Notes: generated by a model not told the origin, from the letters alone. A stretch of DNA of 39,128 nt from a virus (IMGVR_UViG_3300039208_000040:1-39128); one strand, 5' to 3'. Shown: positions 8,019 through 16,629, numbered from the stretch's first letter. Translations and numbers: made by a program.

Positions 8019-9984
8019 AGCACACCCGGTACTACGATATGTACCTGAAGAGGTACTGGCCCGGCTTCCGCCTTGGCTACTCAATCCTGACCCAGATATC
8101 TACCTGTCCAATAACTTTGTGGTGCTCGACCTTGAGACCAACACCAAGGGAGATGGTGGTAGTCCTGCTCCATGCTGGCCCCAGAACAATGCAGTATGTG
8201 GTAGCTGGTGTGTCGGGCTGGATGGCCCAGCACATAACATCTATGGCAACCAGCTGGAGTATGGTGAGTTGGTTGAAGCTATGGAAGAGGCCGACTTTGT
8301 TGTGGCCCATAACGGGAAGTTCGACATAGGTTGGATGCTGCGAGCAGGCATTGACCCCTACAAGATTATCCTCTACGACACCATGATAGCTGAGTATGTA
8401 TTCAATGGTAATCGTAAGACACCTCTGAACCTTGACCACATCTCCAAGATGTACGGTCAGGCAGGTAAGGATGACTTCATTAACATCTGTATGAAGGGAG
8501 GTGTTGACCCTGAAGATATGCCCCGGTCTATGCTGGTCGAACGTTGCAACTCTGACATCTTGCAGACTCGTGAGGTGTTCCTGAAGCAACGGGAGAAGAT
8601 GCATAAGCGAGGGCTGTTACCTCACATCCATACCCGGTGCCTGTTATCGATGCCACTTGCTGACATTGAAAGTAAGGGCATGTGTCTGGACGGTGAGGCA
8701 GTAAAGGAACTGTACACTGAACGTGCTACCAAGCTGGCTGAAGCAGCTGCTGAGTTGGATGAGTTCACCGGGGGAATCAATCCCCGGAGTGTACCGCAAG
8801 TCAGGGAGTTTGTTTATGAGACCCTGAAGTTTAAGCCGAAGATGAAGGGCAAGGGCAGGAATGCCACCCCTATCTACAGCACCAAGACTGAAGACTTGCT
8901 GGCACTGAAGGCCACCACCAAGAAGCAGAAGCAGTTCGTGGAGCTGAAGAAGAACTACTCCATGTACAATGCCGACGTTACCAAGAACCTCCTGTTCTTC
9001 AACAGTGTGGTGACTGACCCGGACAAGGAAGACCCTATCTTCTTTGCCCAGTTCAACCAGTGTGTGACGGTGACACACCGCTTGTCCTCAAGTGGTATCA
9101 ACCGTACCTTTAAGCATGTGCTGGATGACAAGGGTAAGCCTATCACTAAGTCGGTACAGTTCCAGAACTTTAAGCGTGAGTTCAAGCCCATTATGTGTGC
9201 CCGTAACCCCGGATGGAGTATGGGTGAGGCCGATGGTAGTCAGCTGGAGTTCCGTGTCGCTGGCTTTATGGGCCAGTGCCGGACAGCAACACAGGAGATT
9301 ATTGACGGTGTGGATGTACACGTACAGTCTGCCTCGGTAATCAATGATGTAGCCAAGGACAAGGTGACTGGTGCCATGCGTACTGCTGCCAAGGCTGACA
9401 CATTCAAGCCGTTGTTTGGTGGGCAGAGTGGTACAGAGGGACAGGTTAAATACTATGAGTGGTTTGCCAAGCACTACGATGGTGTGGCTAATGCCCAGCA
9501 GAACTGGATAGACCAAGCACTGGTGAAGAAGAAAGTTAAGCTGCCTCATGGCTTTACGTTCTACTTCCCACACTGCAAGATGAATGCTAGTGGCTACGTT
9601 AGTCAGTCCACTAACATCAAGAACTATCCTATTCAGCACTTCGCAACGGGAGAAATTATCCCTATTGCGGTAGTGTATCTGTGGCACCTCATGCGTACAA
9701 TGAAGTCCTTCTTAGTTAACACGGTGCATGACTCGGCTATCTCCGAGCTGCATCCCGATGAACATGCTGAGTTTAGTGAGTGCAGTAAGTACGCCTTCAC
9801 ATACTTGGTATACCACTACCTCAAGGAGGTATACAACGTAGAGTTTAACGTTCCCCTCGGTATCGGCGTGAAGATAGGCCCGAACTGGGGTAAGGGTGAG
9901 GAGTATGCTTGTTCACCTATGCCTCCCTTCAAGATGAAAGGGATTGATTATTCGAAACTTAACACTGATTGGGTAAAGGATTGA
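8011..9984 (+). CDS. Family A DNA polymerase with 3'-5' exonuclease
   Basis: Exo I LDLET, Exo II AHNGKFD; TVTHRLSS; motif A DGSQLEFR, motif B RTAAKADTFKPLFGG, NYPIQ, motif C VHDS. Confidence 0.95.
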   Translation: MTRAHPVLRYVPEEVLARLPPWLLNPDPDIYLSNNFVVLDLETNTKGDGGSPAPCWPQNNAVCGSWCVGLDGPAHNIYGNQLEYGELVEAMEEADFVVAHNGKFDIGWMLRAGIDPYKIILYDTMIAEYVFNGNRKTPLNLDHISKMYGQAGKDDFINICMKGGVDPEDMPRSMLVERCNSDILQTREVFLKQREKMHKRGLLPHIHTRCLLSMPLADIESKGMCLDGEAVKELYTERATKLAEAAAELDEFTGGINPRSVPQVREFVYETLKFKPKMKGKGRNATPIYSTKTEDLLALKATTKKQKQFVELKKNYSMYNADVTKNLLFFNSVVTDPDKEDPIFFAQFNQCVTVTHRLSSSGINRTFKHVLDDKGKPITKSVQFQNFKREFKPIMCARNPGWSMGEADGSQLEFRVAGFMGQCRTATQEIIDGVDVHVQSASVINDVAKDKVTGAMRTAAKADTFKPLFGGQSGTEGQVKYYEWFAKHYDGVANAQQNWIDQALVKKKVKLPHGFTFYFPHCKMNASGYVSQSTNIKNYPIQHFATGEIIPIAVVYLWHLMRTMKSFLVNTVHDSAISELHPDEHAEFSECSKYAFTYLVYHYLKEVYNVEFNVPLGIGVKIGPNWGKGEEYACSPMPPFKMKGIDYSKLNTDWVKD

Positions 9985-9986
9985 TT

Positions 9987-10226
9987 ATGCCTATTAAGAG
10001 TACAAGTAACTGTGAGTCAACAGTAATACCAATGAATGCGATGCAGTGCTCTAAACTGTATCAGGTAGTAGGTGATAGTTACACTGGGAACGTGGTAATG
10101 CGCGTCACTGATGATGTAGTTATCAACTTGAGCAATGTCGGTGAGCTTCGTCGCTGGACTGGTAAGTGTTCTTTGAAAGTGGCACCCATGACAGCAGGCT
10201 CAAGCGTCACCCTCACACAGGAGTAG
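9987..10226 (+). CDS. Hypothetical protein
   Basis: AAGGA RBS before ATG 9987. Confidence 0.7.
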   Translation: MPIKSTSNCESTVIPMNAMQCSKLYQVVGDSYTGNVVMRVTDDVVINLSNVGELRRWTGKCSLKVAPMTAGSSVTLTQE

Positions 10227-10230
10227 AGCT

Positions 10231-10488
10231 ATGAACAATCGTAAAGCTAAAGTGCTGCGTAAGTTGGTGTTTGGATGTGCGACATCCTACAACAAGACCA
10301 ATGAAGGTACGGTGATGGAACAACTGGTGCCGGGTAGCTTGGCTACTCCTAAAGTAGTGACCAAGTACACCGCAGTACTAAATCCTGTATGCAAACGTAA
10401 GGCATACAAGGACATCAAGAAGCGCGCATATATCCTTGGAGATATATCGCTAAGAGATTTAACTAAAGCCCTAAAAGGAGAAGCATGA
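10231..10488 (+). CDS. Basic hypothetical protein
   Basis: AGGAG RBS; MNNRKAKVLRK start typical of small phage proteins. Confidence 0.75.
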   Translation: MNNRKAKVLRKLVFGCATSYNKTNEGTVMEQLVPGSLATPKVVTKYTAVLNPVCKRKAYKDIKKRAYILGDISLRDLTKALKGEA

Positions 10489-11162
10489 TGGCTGAAGTAT
10501 ATGGTGTAGTGCAGAAGATTACCGCGAAAGATACACGTAATGGCGGTAAGATTTATAACATCTGTGTCGATGTTGATGGCGAGGACGAGTGGTTCGGCTA
10601 TGGTTTCGATGCGCCTGAGTTCGGTGAAGGCTCAGAGATTGAGTTCGACGTAGAGATGAACGGTGACTATGAGAATGTGGACATCGACTCGCTTGAAATT
10701 ATCGAGCTGGTGGAACCGAAGCGGTCAGGACGTGGCGGTAAGTCTGGCGGCAAGGGCCGTGGTAAGTCTAGTGGCAAGTCTTCTGGTCGTGGTGGTAGCA
10801 GTGGTCGTGGTAAGAGCAGCGGCAGTGGCCGGGGCAAGCCAGCTGGCGGTGGCCGCAAGGCCCCTGCATCTAAAGGTAAAGGCGGTGGTGCTGCGAAAGC
10901 AGAAGTAGACTGGGATAGAAAGGACAATCTGATTCGCTTACAGTCCTGCCAGAACACAGCGGTTGCTACTATCCAAGCAGCTATCGAAGCCGGAGCGGTA
11001 ACTCTCCCGGCCAAGAAGGGTGAGAAGTTTGACGCCTTCCAAGCCCTGATTGAGAAGGAGGCAGCTCGCCTCTACGACAAGTACACCGATATTGTTGACG
11101 GTAACTACCTCAAGGATGAGCCTGAAGATGAGGAGGAGTACGACGAAGATATCCCGGAGTAG
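10485..11162 (+). CDS. Putative single-stranded DNA-binding protein
   Basis: Beta-rich OB-like N-terminus, G/K/R/S-rich linker, helical region, acidic tail EEEYDEDIPE; lies between polymerase and exonuclease. Confidence 0.6.
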   Translation: MMAEVYGVVQKITAKDTRNGGKIYNICVDVDGEDEWFGYGFDAPEFGEGSEIEFDVEMNGDYENVDIDSLEIIELVEPKRSGRGGKSGGKGRGKSSGKSSGRGGSSGRGKSSGSGRGKPAGGGRKAPASKGKGGGAAKAEVDWDRKDNLIRLQSCQNTAVATIQAAIEAGAVTLPAKKGEKFDAFQALIEKEAARLYDKYTDIVDGNYLKDEPEDEEEYDEDIPE

Positions 11163-11176
11163 ACATAGCCGATAAG

Positions 11177-11204
11177 CAGTGTCCCCTGTTTGTGGGGGAC
11201 ATTG
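11177..11204 (+). promoter_or_regulatory. GC-rich hairpin after the SSB gene (no U tail)
   Basis: CAGTGTCCCCT gtttgt GGGGGACATTG, 11 bp. Confidence 0.55.
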
Positions 11205-11422
11205 TGACCTTGGACAACTTCGACCGCCGCACCAAGGGAATCGAGTTCAGGGTACTAGCAACTAATAAGTCTGTTAGTTGTGAGTCTGGGGTGTTGGTAG
11301 CAGTACAGCCAATACCTCATGGCGCTAACATTGTATTAGACAGACACTGGTGCATCTTCAAATCTCGACCCGTCGCTAAGACAGATGACGGATATCTCTT
11401 TGATGACGACATACCCTTTTAG
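11192..11422 (+). CDS. Small protein ending in SSB-like FDDDIPF
   Basis: Open frame ending LFDDDIPF; start (GTG 11192 or 11204) lies within the hairpin. Confidence 0.6.
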   Translation: MGDIVTLDNFDRRTKGIEFRVLATNKSVSCESGVLVAVQPIPHGANIVLDRHWCIFKSRPVAKTDDGYLFDDDIPF

Positions 11423-11430
11423 GAGTACCT

Positions 11431-11586
11431 ATGGAAGATACTCGCTCCCACTCTTATCACCCTGCATCCCCTGACTATGAGGAACCACCTGAATGTCAGG
11501 AATGTGGGGCACCCCTTGAACCCAACACCGGGGCATTCTGTCCCGCTTGCATATTCTACTTAGAGGAACCTGAATCATGGAACTAA
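11431..11586 (+). CDS. Small zinc-ribbon protein (51 aa)
   Basis: AGGAG RBS; CQECG...FCPAC; not in ORF track. Confidence 0.7.
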   Translation: MEDTRSHSYHPASPDYEEPPECQECGAPLEPNTGAFCPACIFYLEEPESWN

Positions 11587-11933
11587 AAACTATACTACTT
11601 AACTGGTCAAAGGCCGTATCCAGCAGCCCTATCTCTAAATTCGAAGGGGACAATGACTCCGGCGTAGAGCCGCACATACACTTACTGGTTAACCTTCTCC
11701 GGGAACCTAATGGAGGCAACCTGTGCAATAACGTGACAGGTTATACCCTTGGCTTGGGCCTATGTCCGGTGGAATGTGGCGTCAACCATGCCATGTCCTT
11801 AGCTGGAGCAGTACTGGACATAGCTGAACCTTATGCTGAGGAGCTGGGGTTAGTTGAAGAGTTCAAGTACGTCCGTACAGCATTAGCCGACGCGCAAGGA
11901 GAGTTAAATGGCATCACGCAAACGCTCCACTAA
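11577..11933 (+). CDS. Hypothetical protein
   Basis: GAGGA RBS; operon continuity. Confidence 0.7.
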   Translation: MELKTILLNWSKAVSSSPISKFEGDNDSGVEPHIHLLVNLLREPNGGNLCNNVTGYTLGLGLCPVECGVNHAMSLAGAVLDIAEPYAEELGLVEEFKYVRTALADAQGELNGITQTLH

Positions 11934-12966
11934 GGTAGACAAGGTACTCTGTATCGATGCCGACTCTGCTGTCTATGCCTGCGGCTTCATTGCCGAGAAG
12001 AAGACACACTATGCTATCGTCGATGGTAAGCCTATCGCCACCTACGACGACAAGCGTAAGTACAACAAGTGGTTCAAGACACTGACCACTGAAGAACAGG
12101 AGGCCATCACCTACGATTATGTAGAGCACAAACTTCCTGAAGCTACCAGCATTCAGGCTATCGACAAGTGGGTACATGACCTGATGAAGTTGGCTGGTAG
12201 TACTCGCAAGATTGTCCTACTCACTAAAGGTGGTGCCTGCTTCCGCACCTACCGGGCCACCCTGAAGAAGTACAAAGGGAACCGGGACAGTATGAAGAAG
12301 CCGGAACATTACCAAGCAATCCGTAACCACCTAAAGAAGAAGCACAAGGCTAAGACGTATGCCAAGTGGGAGGCTGATGACGCAGCCTGTATGTTTATGC
12401 ATGCCAGTGCCGGGAAGCCTGACCAGAAGGCTATCCTTGCTGCTATCGATAAGGACTTGGAGCAACAGATAGGTCAGCACGTTAACCCTAACAAGAAGGA
12501 CGAAGGTGTGTACTTCGTGGATGAGCGTGAAGGTGCTCTGGCCTTCTATACCCAGATGTTGGTAGGTGATGTTGCTGATAACATCCCCGGCCTTAAGGGA
12601 GTGGGGGCCAAGCATAAGTGGGTGGATAAGTTAGCTGAGTGTGAGACTTCAGCTGAGATGTGCCTGCATGTGTATGGTTGCTACATCATCAAGCATGGTG
12701 ACAATGTAACCTACCAGCCTTGGTGGTGGGATGAGAAGTATAACGACCCGGAGTACCACGACGCTGACCTTGTACAGGAGTTGCGTGAGCAGCGTCCCGA
12801 TAAGGAAGTAACTGTCCCTACTGTGGAAGTGTTCAGGGAGAATGCAGACCTGCTGTACATGCTGCGTTACCCTGATGACCAGTACATCCCTGAAGCTGAG
12901 TCAGTTGCCGAGTTAATCAAACCCTACAAAGATGGCATCGTTAAAGAGATGCTGGGAGATAAGTAA
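11908..12966 (+). CDS. 5'-3' exonuclease (T7 gp6/FEN-like)
   Basis: IDAD, YKGNR, EADD, DKDL and GDVADNIPG motifs. Confidence 0.92.
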   Translation: MASRKRSTKVDKVLCIDADSAVYACGFIAEKKTHYAIVDGKPIATYDDKRKYNKWFKTLTTEEQEAITYDYVEHKLPEATSIQAIDKWVHDLMKLAGSTRKIVLLTKGGACFRTYRATLKKYKGNRDSMKKPEHYQAIRNHLKKKHKAKTYAKWEADDAACMFMHASAGKPDQKAILAAIDKDLEQQIGQHVNPNKKDEGVYFVDEREGALAFYTQMLVGDVADNIPGLKGVGAKHKWVDKLAECETSAEMCLHVYGCYIIKHGDNVTYQPWWWDEKYNDPEYHDADLVQELREQRPDKEVTVPTVEVFRENADLLYMLRYPDDQYIPEAESVAELIKPYKDGIVKEMLGDK

Positions 12967-13146
12967 ATGCCTGATATTAATGTTGATATTAATGTGCCTA
13001 TCGAAGAACTACTACGCTTTGCCCCTGACGATGAGGTGTTAGATTACCTTAAGGATGAAACCAGTCAGGAGTATATCCTTGAGCAGCTTGACGAGGACGC
13101 TGTTAAGGAGTACGCCTTACGTAATCTCGGTCTGATTGAGGAATAG
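12967..13146 (+). CDS. Small highly acidic protein (59 aa)
   Basis: GGGAG RBS, abuts upstream stop; 18 D/E versus 4 K/R; not in ORF track. Confidence 0.75.
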   Translation: MPDINVDINVPIEELLRFAPDDEVLDYLKDETSQEYILEQLDEDAVKEYALRNLGLIEE

Positions 13147-13148
13147 CT

Positions 13149-13343
13149 ATGGCTAAGGTAATCAATAAGGATGGTGAGTACCACCTCCGGGGTGCAGTGG
13201 ACGGTGAGACCTTGTGTCAGGTGTACGTCCAAGATGCACAGGTGGAGGACAACATGCTCACCTGCAAAAGCTGTGCTGATGTAGCATTGAATGCTATCGA
13301 ACTAACCACCAAGAAAGAACGGAAGGAGTGGAGAAGCTTATGA
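13149..13343 (+). CDS. Hypothetical protein, possible metal binder
   Basis: GAGGA RBS; H...C...CKSC. Confidence 0.7.
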   Translation: MAKVINKDGEYHLRGAVDGETLCQVYVQDAQVEDNMLTCKSCADVALNAIELTTKKERKEWRSL

Positions 13344-13594
13344 ACTTACAAGACCTGCGAGCATTGAACAATGCCGTTGAACTTGACACTGTTCGACGTA
13401 TCACTGACCGCAAGAACATTGACCCACAGAAGAGGTTCACTGGGCCAGAGTCTGAGTGGTTGAAGAAGAACGGACACAAGTACACGGCCCAGCAAGTGGG
13501 CGCACGTCTTGGGTTCTCCCCTAATACTGTACGTCACAGAGCTACCGCTTTAGGAGTACAGTTGAAGTACGAACGTAACCATAAGAGCGAGTAG
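13340..13594 (+). CDS. HTH DNA-binding protein
   Basis: TAQQVGARLGFSPNTVRHRATALG helix-turn-helix pattern. Confidence 0.7.
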   Translation: MNLQDLRALNNAVELDTVRRITDRKNIDPQKRFTGPESEWLKKNGHKYTAQQVGARLGFSPNTVRHRATALGVQLKYERNHKSE

Positions 13595-13600
13595 GTAACT

Positions 13601-14320
13601 ATGCCGTACCCTAAGAAATCTAAGAATAAGAATGCCCAGCAGGTGGAGGCAAGAGCGTCAGGTGACTGGACTCCCTTGGTGCCATTGAATCCCCGGCAAT
13701 CTGAATACATCCAAGCCATCAAGTCTGACCCGGTAGTGTTATGCATCGGTATCCTTGGTAGCAGTAAGACTTACATTCCCTCCATCATGGCAGCTGATGC
13801 CTTACGTGCCAAAGAAGTAGAGCGTATCATCGTGGCCCGTCCATGTGAGGGCAAGAGTAAGTCTGCTGGCTTCTTTAAAGGTGACAAGAACGAGAAGCTG
13901 GAAGGTTGGTGTGCCCCTGTGACAGAGACCCTGAAGAAGCGTCTCGGAGTAGGTCACTATGAGGCATACCTTGCTAACGGTCGTATCGAGTTGTTGGCTC
14001 TGGAGCAGGTTAAGGGCCGTTCATGGGACAATGCCTTCGTCATAGTGGACGAGGCTGAGGACTTGGATGCAGCTGTTGCTAAATCCTTAGTCACCCGGCA
14101 GGGACAGAATACCACTATGGTAATAGCTGGTGACTTGGCCCAGAAGGATATCAAGCACCACTCAGGTCTGGATACCTTGCTGGCAGTGTCTGAGTACACC
14201 AACTTACGGATGTCCCTGATTGTCTTCGATGACTGGGATGAGCATTGTGTTCGGAGTGACGAGGCCCGTGAGTGGGGCCGGGGCTTCGAAGCATATGAGG
14301 CATTCCACAAAGGTACATAG
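13601..14320 (+). CDS. phoH: PhoH-like ATPase
   Basis: PLNPRQSEY, P-loop GILGSSKT, ARP, KGRSW, IVDEAE, TRxG, GDxxQxD and VRS motifs. Confidence 0.9.
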   Translation: MPYPKKSKNKNAQQVEARASGDWTPLVPLNPRQSEYIQAIKSDPVVLCIGILGSSKTYIPSIMAADALRAKEVERIIVARPCEGKSKSAGFFKGDKNEKLEGWCAPVTETLKKRLGVGHYEAYLANGRIELLALEQVKGRSWDNAFVIVDEAEDLDAAVAKSLVTRQGQNTTMVIAGDLAQKDIKHHSGLDTLLAVSEYTNLRMSLIVFDDWDEHCVRSDEAREWGRGFEAYEAFHKGT

Positions 14321-14321
14321 T

Positions 14322-14516
14322 TTGACCAAGAACAAAGGAGGAAGGCCAGTGTCTGCAAGGGTGTGGGCACTGACCCTCTGGATTATAGAACACCCCAAGG
14401 ACAGGAAGGTTGCAGCTCTGGCCTTGCAGTTCAATGTGGATAGGGACACTGTTCACAGAACACTCAAGAAGTTACACATCCAACAATCTAAGAAACCCCC
14501 ACACTATGTGGGTTAA
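14322..14516 (+). CDS. Small HTH protein
   Basis: GGRP...VAALALQFNVDRDTVHRTLKK; TTG start uncertain. Confidence 0.55.
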   Translation: MTKNKGGRPVSARVWALTLWIIEHPKDRKVAALALQFNVDRDTVHRTLKKLHIQQSKKPPHYVG

Positions 14517-14525
14517 GGAACTGAA

Positions 14526-14888
14526 ATGAAACCATTTAATTTAGAAGCAGCCAAAGCTGGCGCACCTTTAGTAACTCGTGACGGTAGACAAGCACGTATC
14601 ATCTGCTTCGATAAGAGCAGTGCTCATGATAAATTCCCTATTGTAGCCTTGACTAAGGGGAGTTATGGTATTGATGAGAGCATTAACAGTTACACAGTTG
14701 AAGGCACTTACTGGGACGATGGTGATAATAGTCCTCGTGACTTGTTCATGGTCCCTGAGAAAAAGGAAGCATGGGTTAATGTCTACCCCTGCGGTTATGT
14801 CAGTAAGCAGTATGCATCTGAAGACATAGCTAAAGATAATTCATCACCCTCTGTAGTGGCTACCGTCAAGATTGAGTGGGAGGTATAA
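14526..14888 (+). CDS. Conserved phage hypothetical protein (MKPFNLEAAKAG...TRDGR)
   Basis: TAAGGA RBS; recurrent phage motif, function unknown. Confidence 0.8.
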   Translation: MKPFNLEAAKAGAPLVTRDGRQARIICFDKSSAHDKFPIVALTKGSYGIDESINSYTVEGTYWDDGDNSPRDLFMVPEKKEAWVNVYPCGYVSKQYASEDIAKDNSSPSVVATVKIEWEV

Positions 14889-14890
14889 CC

Positions 14891-15127
14891 ATGAAGATGA
14901 CTCCCAACAAAGCACGTAAGCTGTTAGAGACAGCCCCGGAATGCACCACCACATACTCTAATGTGGTACACAACTACACTCAGGCAGAGTTCAAAGCTGT
15001 AGCAGCAGCTCAGGTAGAGGCTCACGCTAAACGTGTAGGCAAGACCAAACCCCTGTCAGCTCCGGTAGTGAAGAAGGTATACCAAGCTGTTAAGAACATG
15101 CCGCACCCTCGCTATGATAAAAGCTAG
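14891..15127 (+). CDS. Hypothetical protein
   Basis: GGGAGG RBS. Confidence 0.7.
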   Translation: MKMTPNKARKLLETAPECTTTYSNVVHNYTQAEFKAVAAAQVEAHAKRVGKTKPLSAPVVKKVYQAVKNMPHPRYDKS

Positions 15128-15329
15128 TGGCAAGGTGTGCATAACCAAGGCAGAACTGGTGGAGTGTGATTACACCTTCACAGTCGAGACCTTGATGAAG
15201 CAGAAGGGTGTACCCATGAGGGGATACATCCAACCTAAACCTCATCCCGACTATGAGTACCGTCAGATGACAGACGTTACCACCGGGAACATTTACATAG
15301 AATGGAGGAAGAGATGTCCGACTACCTAA
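15114..15329 (+). CDS. Hypothetical protein
   Basis: Operon continuity; weak RBS. Confidence 0.55.
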   Translation: MIKASGKVCITKAELVECDYTFTVETLMKQKGVPMRGYIQPKPHPDYEYRQMTDVTTGNIYIEWRKRCPTT

Positions 15330-15715
15330 CTTCTCATGAATATCAATGTCTGAATGATGATGCACAGGCTGCATACGATGACTGGTATGATAGTTACGGA
15401 TGTTGCCACTGTGCCACCTCACCAGCACCATGTGGCAGCTGTACACACATCGGTAATCCTGAGAACCTGCGCAACTTCCCCGGTGCATGGAGGCCGGGAT
15501 GTGGCCCTAACTTCAGTAACCACGGCATAGTGTTCACTAAACCTGAAAGAGGTACAGTCAGAAGGGATGATGCTGCTGACGTTAACCGCCACTTCATTGA
15601 CCAGTATATGCAGGAGCCTGCACCCCCATTACCAGAGCCGGAGGAGCCAGTACCTCCCGGCCCAGAATCAACCAATGAACTACGCAAATACAGATACAGG
15701 AGCATTTATGATTAA
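15314..15715 (+). CDS. Cys/His-cluster protein with Pro-rich C-terminus
   Basis: GGAGG RBS; GCCHCATSPAPCGSCTH. Confidence 0.7.
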   Translation: MSDYLTSHEYQCLNDDAQAAYDDWYDSYGCCHCATSPAPCGSCTHIGNPENLRNFPGAWRPGCGPNFSNHGIVFTKPERGTVRRDDAADVNRHFIDQYMQEPAPPLPEPEEPVPPGPESTNELRKYRYRSIYD

Positions 15716-16106
15716 CTACAAGGGACAGCTTCGTATATGGCCCGACGCCTACAAGCGAGACATCGGTGCATTACAGGAGCTATGCCACGGCCTTGCTAAG
15801 GAAGCAGGCTGGTGGGAGGGTGTTGATGCCACTGACCCAAACATTATCGCTTCCAAGCTATGCCTTGTTCACTCCGAAGTGAGTGAGGCATTGGAGGGTG
15901 TACGTAAAGACCTGATTGATGACCACCTACAGCACCGTCCTATGGTAGAGGTGGAGCTGGCTGATACTATCATCCGGGTGCTGGACTTGGCCGGGGCCAT
16001 GGGCCTCGACATAGGTGGGGCATTGATAGAGAAGTTGCAGTACAACACGCAACGGGCCGACCATAAGCCAGAGAATCGTGCAGCTGCCGGGGGCAAGAAG
16101 ATATGA
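15708..16106 (+). CDS. MazG-like all-alpha NTP pyrophosphohydrolase
   Basis: HSEVSEALE...EVELADTIIRVLD...EKLQYN; AGGAG RBS. Confidence 0.85.
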   Translation: MINYKGQLRIWPDAYKRDIGALQELCHGLAKEAGWWEGVDATDPNIIASKLCLVHSEVSEALEGVRKDLIDDHLQHRPMVEVELADTIIRVLDLAGAMGLDIGGALIEKLQYNTQRADHKPENRAAAGGKKI

Positions 16107-16348
16107 GCAACAAGAGGCATGTCACCTTCCTTGGTGGTGATGCTCACCTCCATGAGAAGCACATCGACATCCGGTGTGATATCGTCCGGCATGCAGTGAT
16201 GCCTCGATTGCAGTGCGTATCTCTCATGCAGATGGAGGAGATGCGACACATAGGCTACGGACGTGATGAAGTCTGCGAGATACAGAACTACCGCTTAATG
16301 CGAGTAGGACGTAACCGCTATATTGCTGTTTATGAAGAGGATTTATAA
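16103..16348 (+). CDS. Hypothetical protein
   Basis: ATGA coupling. Confidence 0.65.
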   Translation: MSNKRHVTFLGGDAHLHEKHIDIRCDIVRHAVMPRLQCVSLMQMEEMRHIGYGRDEVCEIQNYRLMRVGRNRYIAVYEEDL

Positions 16349-16629
16349 TGGACGTTACATTTAAGATAGGCCGCAACACCTTTTCCCTAACCTGTGATAA
16401 CAGGGCATACACCCTGAACAGGCACTACATAACCAAGGGGGAGGAGAGTTCTGAGTTCTATGGATACTTCCAGAACATCCATACCATCGTGGAAAAGCTC
16501 ATCAAGATGCAGCTCAATAAGTCGGTGGCTACATCACTGGATGATATGACAGCTGCCATCAGGGAACTGAATGCGACATTAACTAATGTACTGATGGAAG
16601 GTACTACGGAGGCACAGCGAGATGAGTAG
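16348..16629 (+). CDS. Hypothetical protein
   Basis: TAATG coupling, GAGGA RBS. Confidence 0.7.
   Translation: MDVTFKIGRNTFSLTCDNRAYTLNRHYITKGEESSEFYGYFQNIHTIVEKLIKMQLNKSVATSLDDMTAAIRELNATLTNVLMEGTTEAQRDE

Noticed and set aside
11177-11204. Rho-independent terminator after the SSB gene
   Set aside because: The hairpin lacks a U tract; kept as a regulatory hairpin instead.
14526-14888. Metabolic enzyme label sometimes attached to MKPFNLEAAKAG-type proteins
   Set aside because: Only 120 aa with no catalytic motifs; left as hypothetical.
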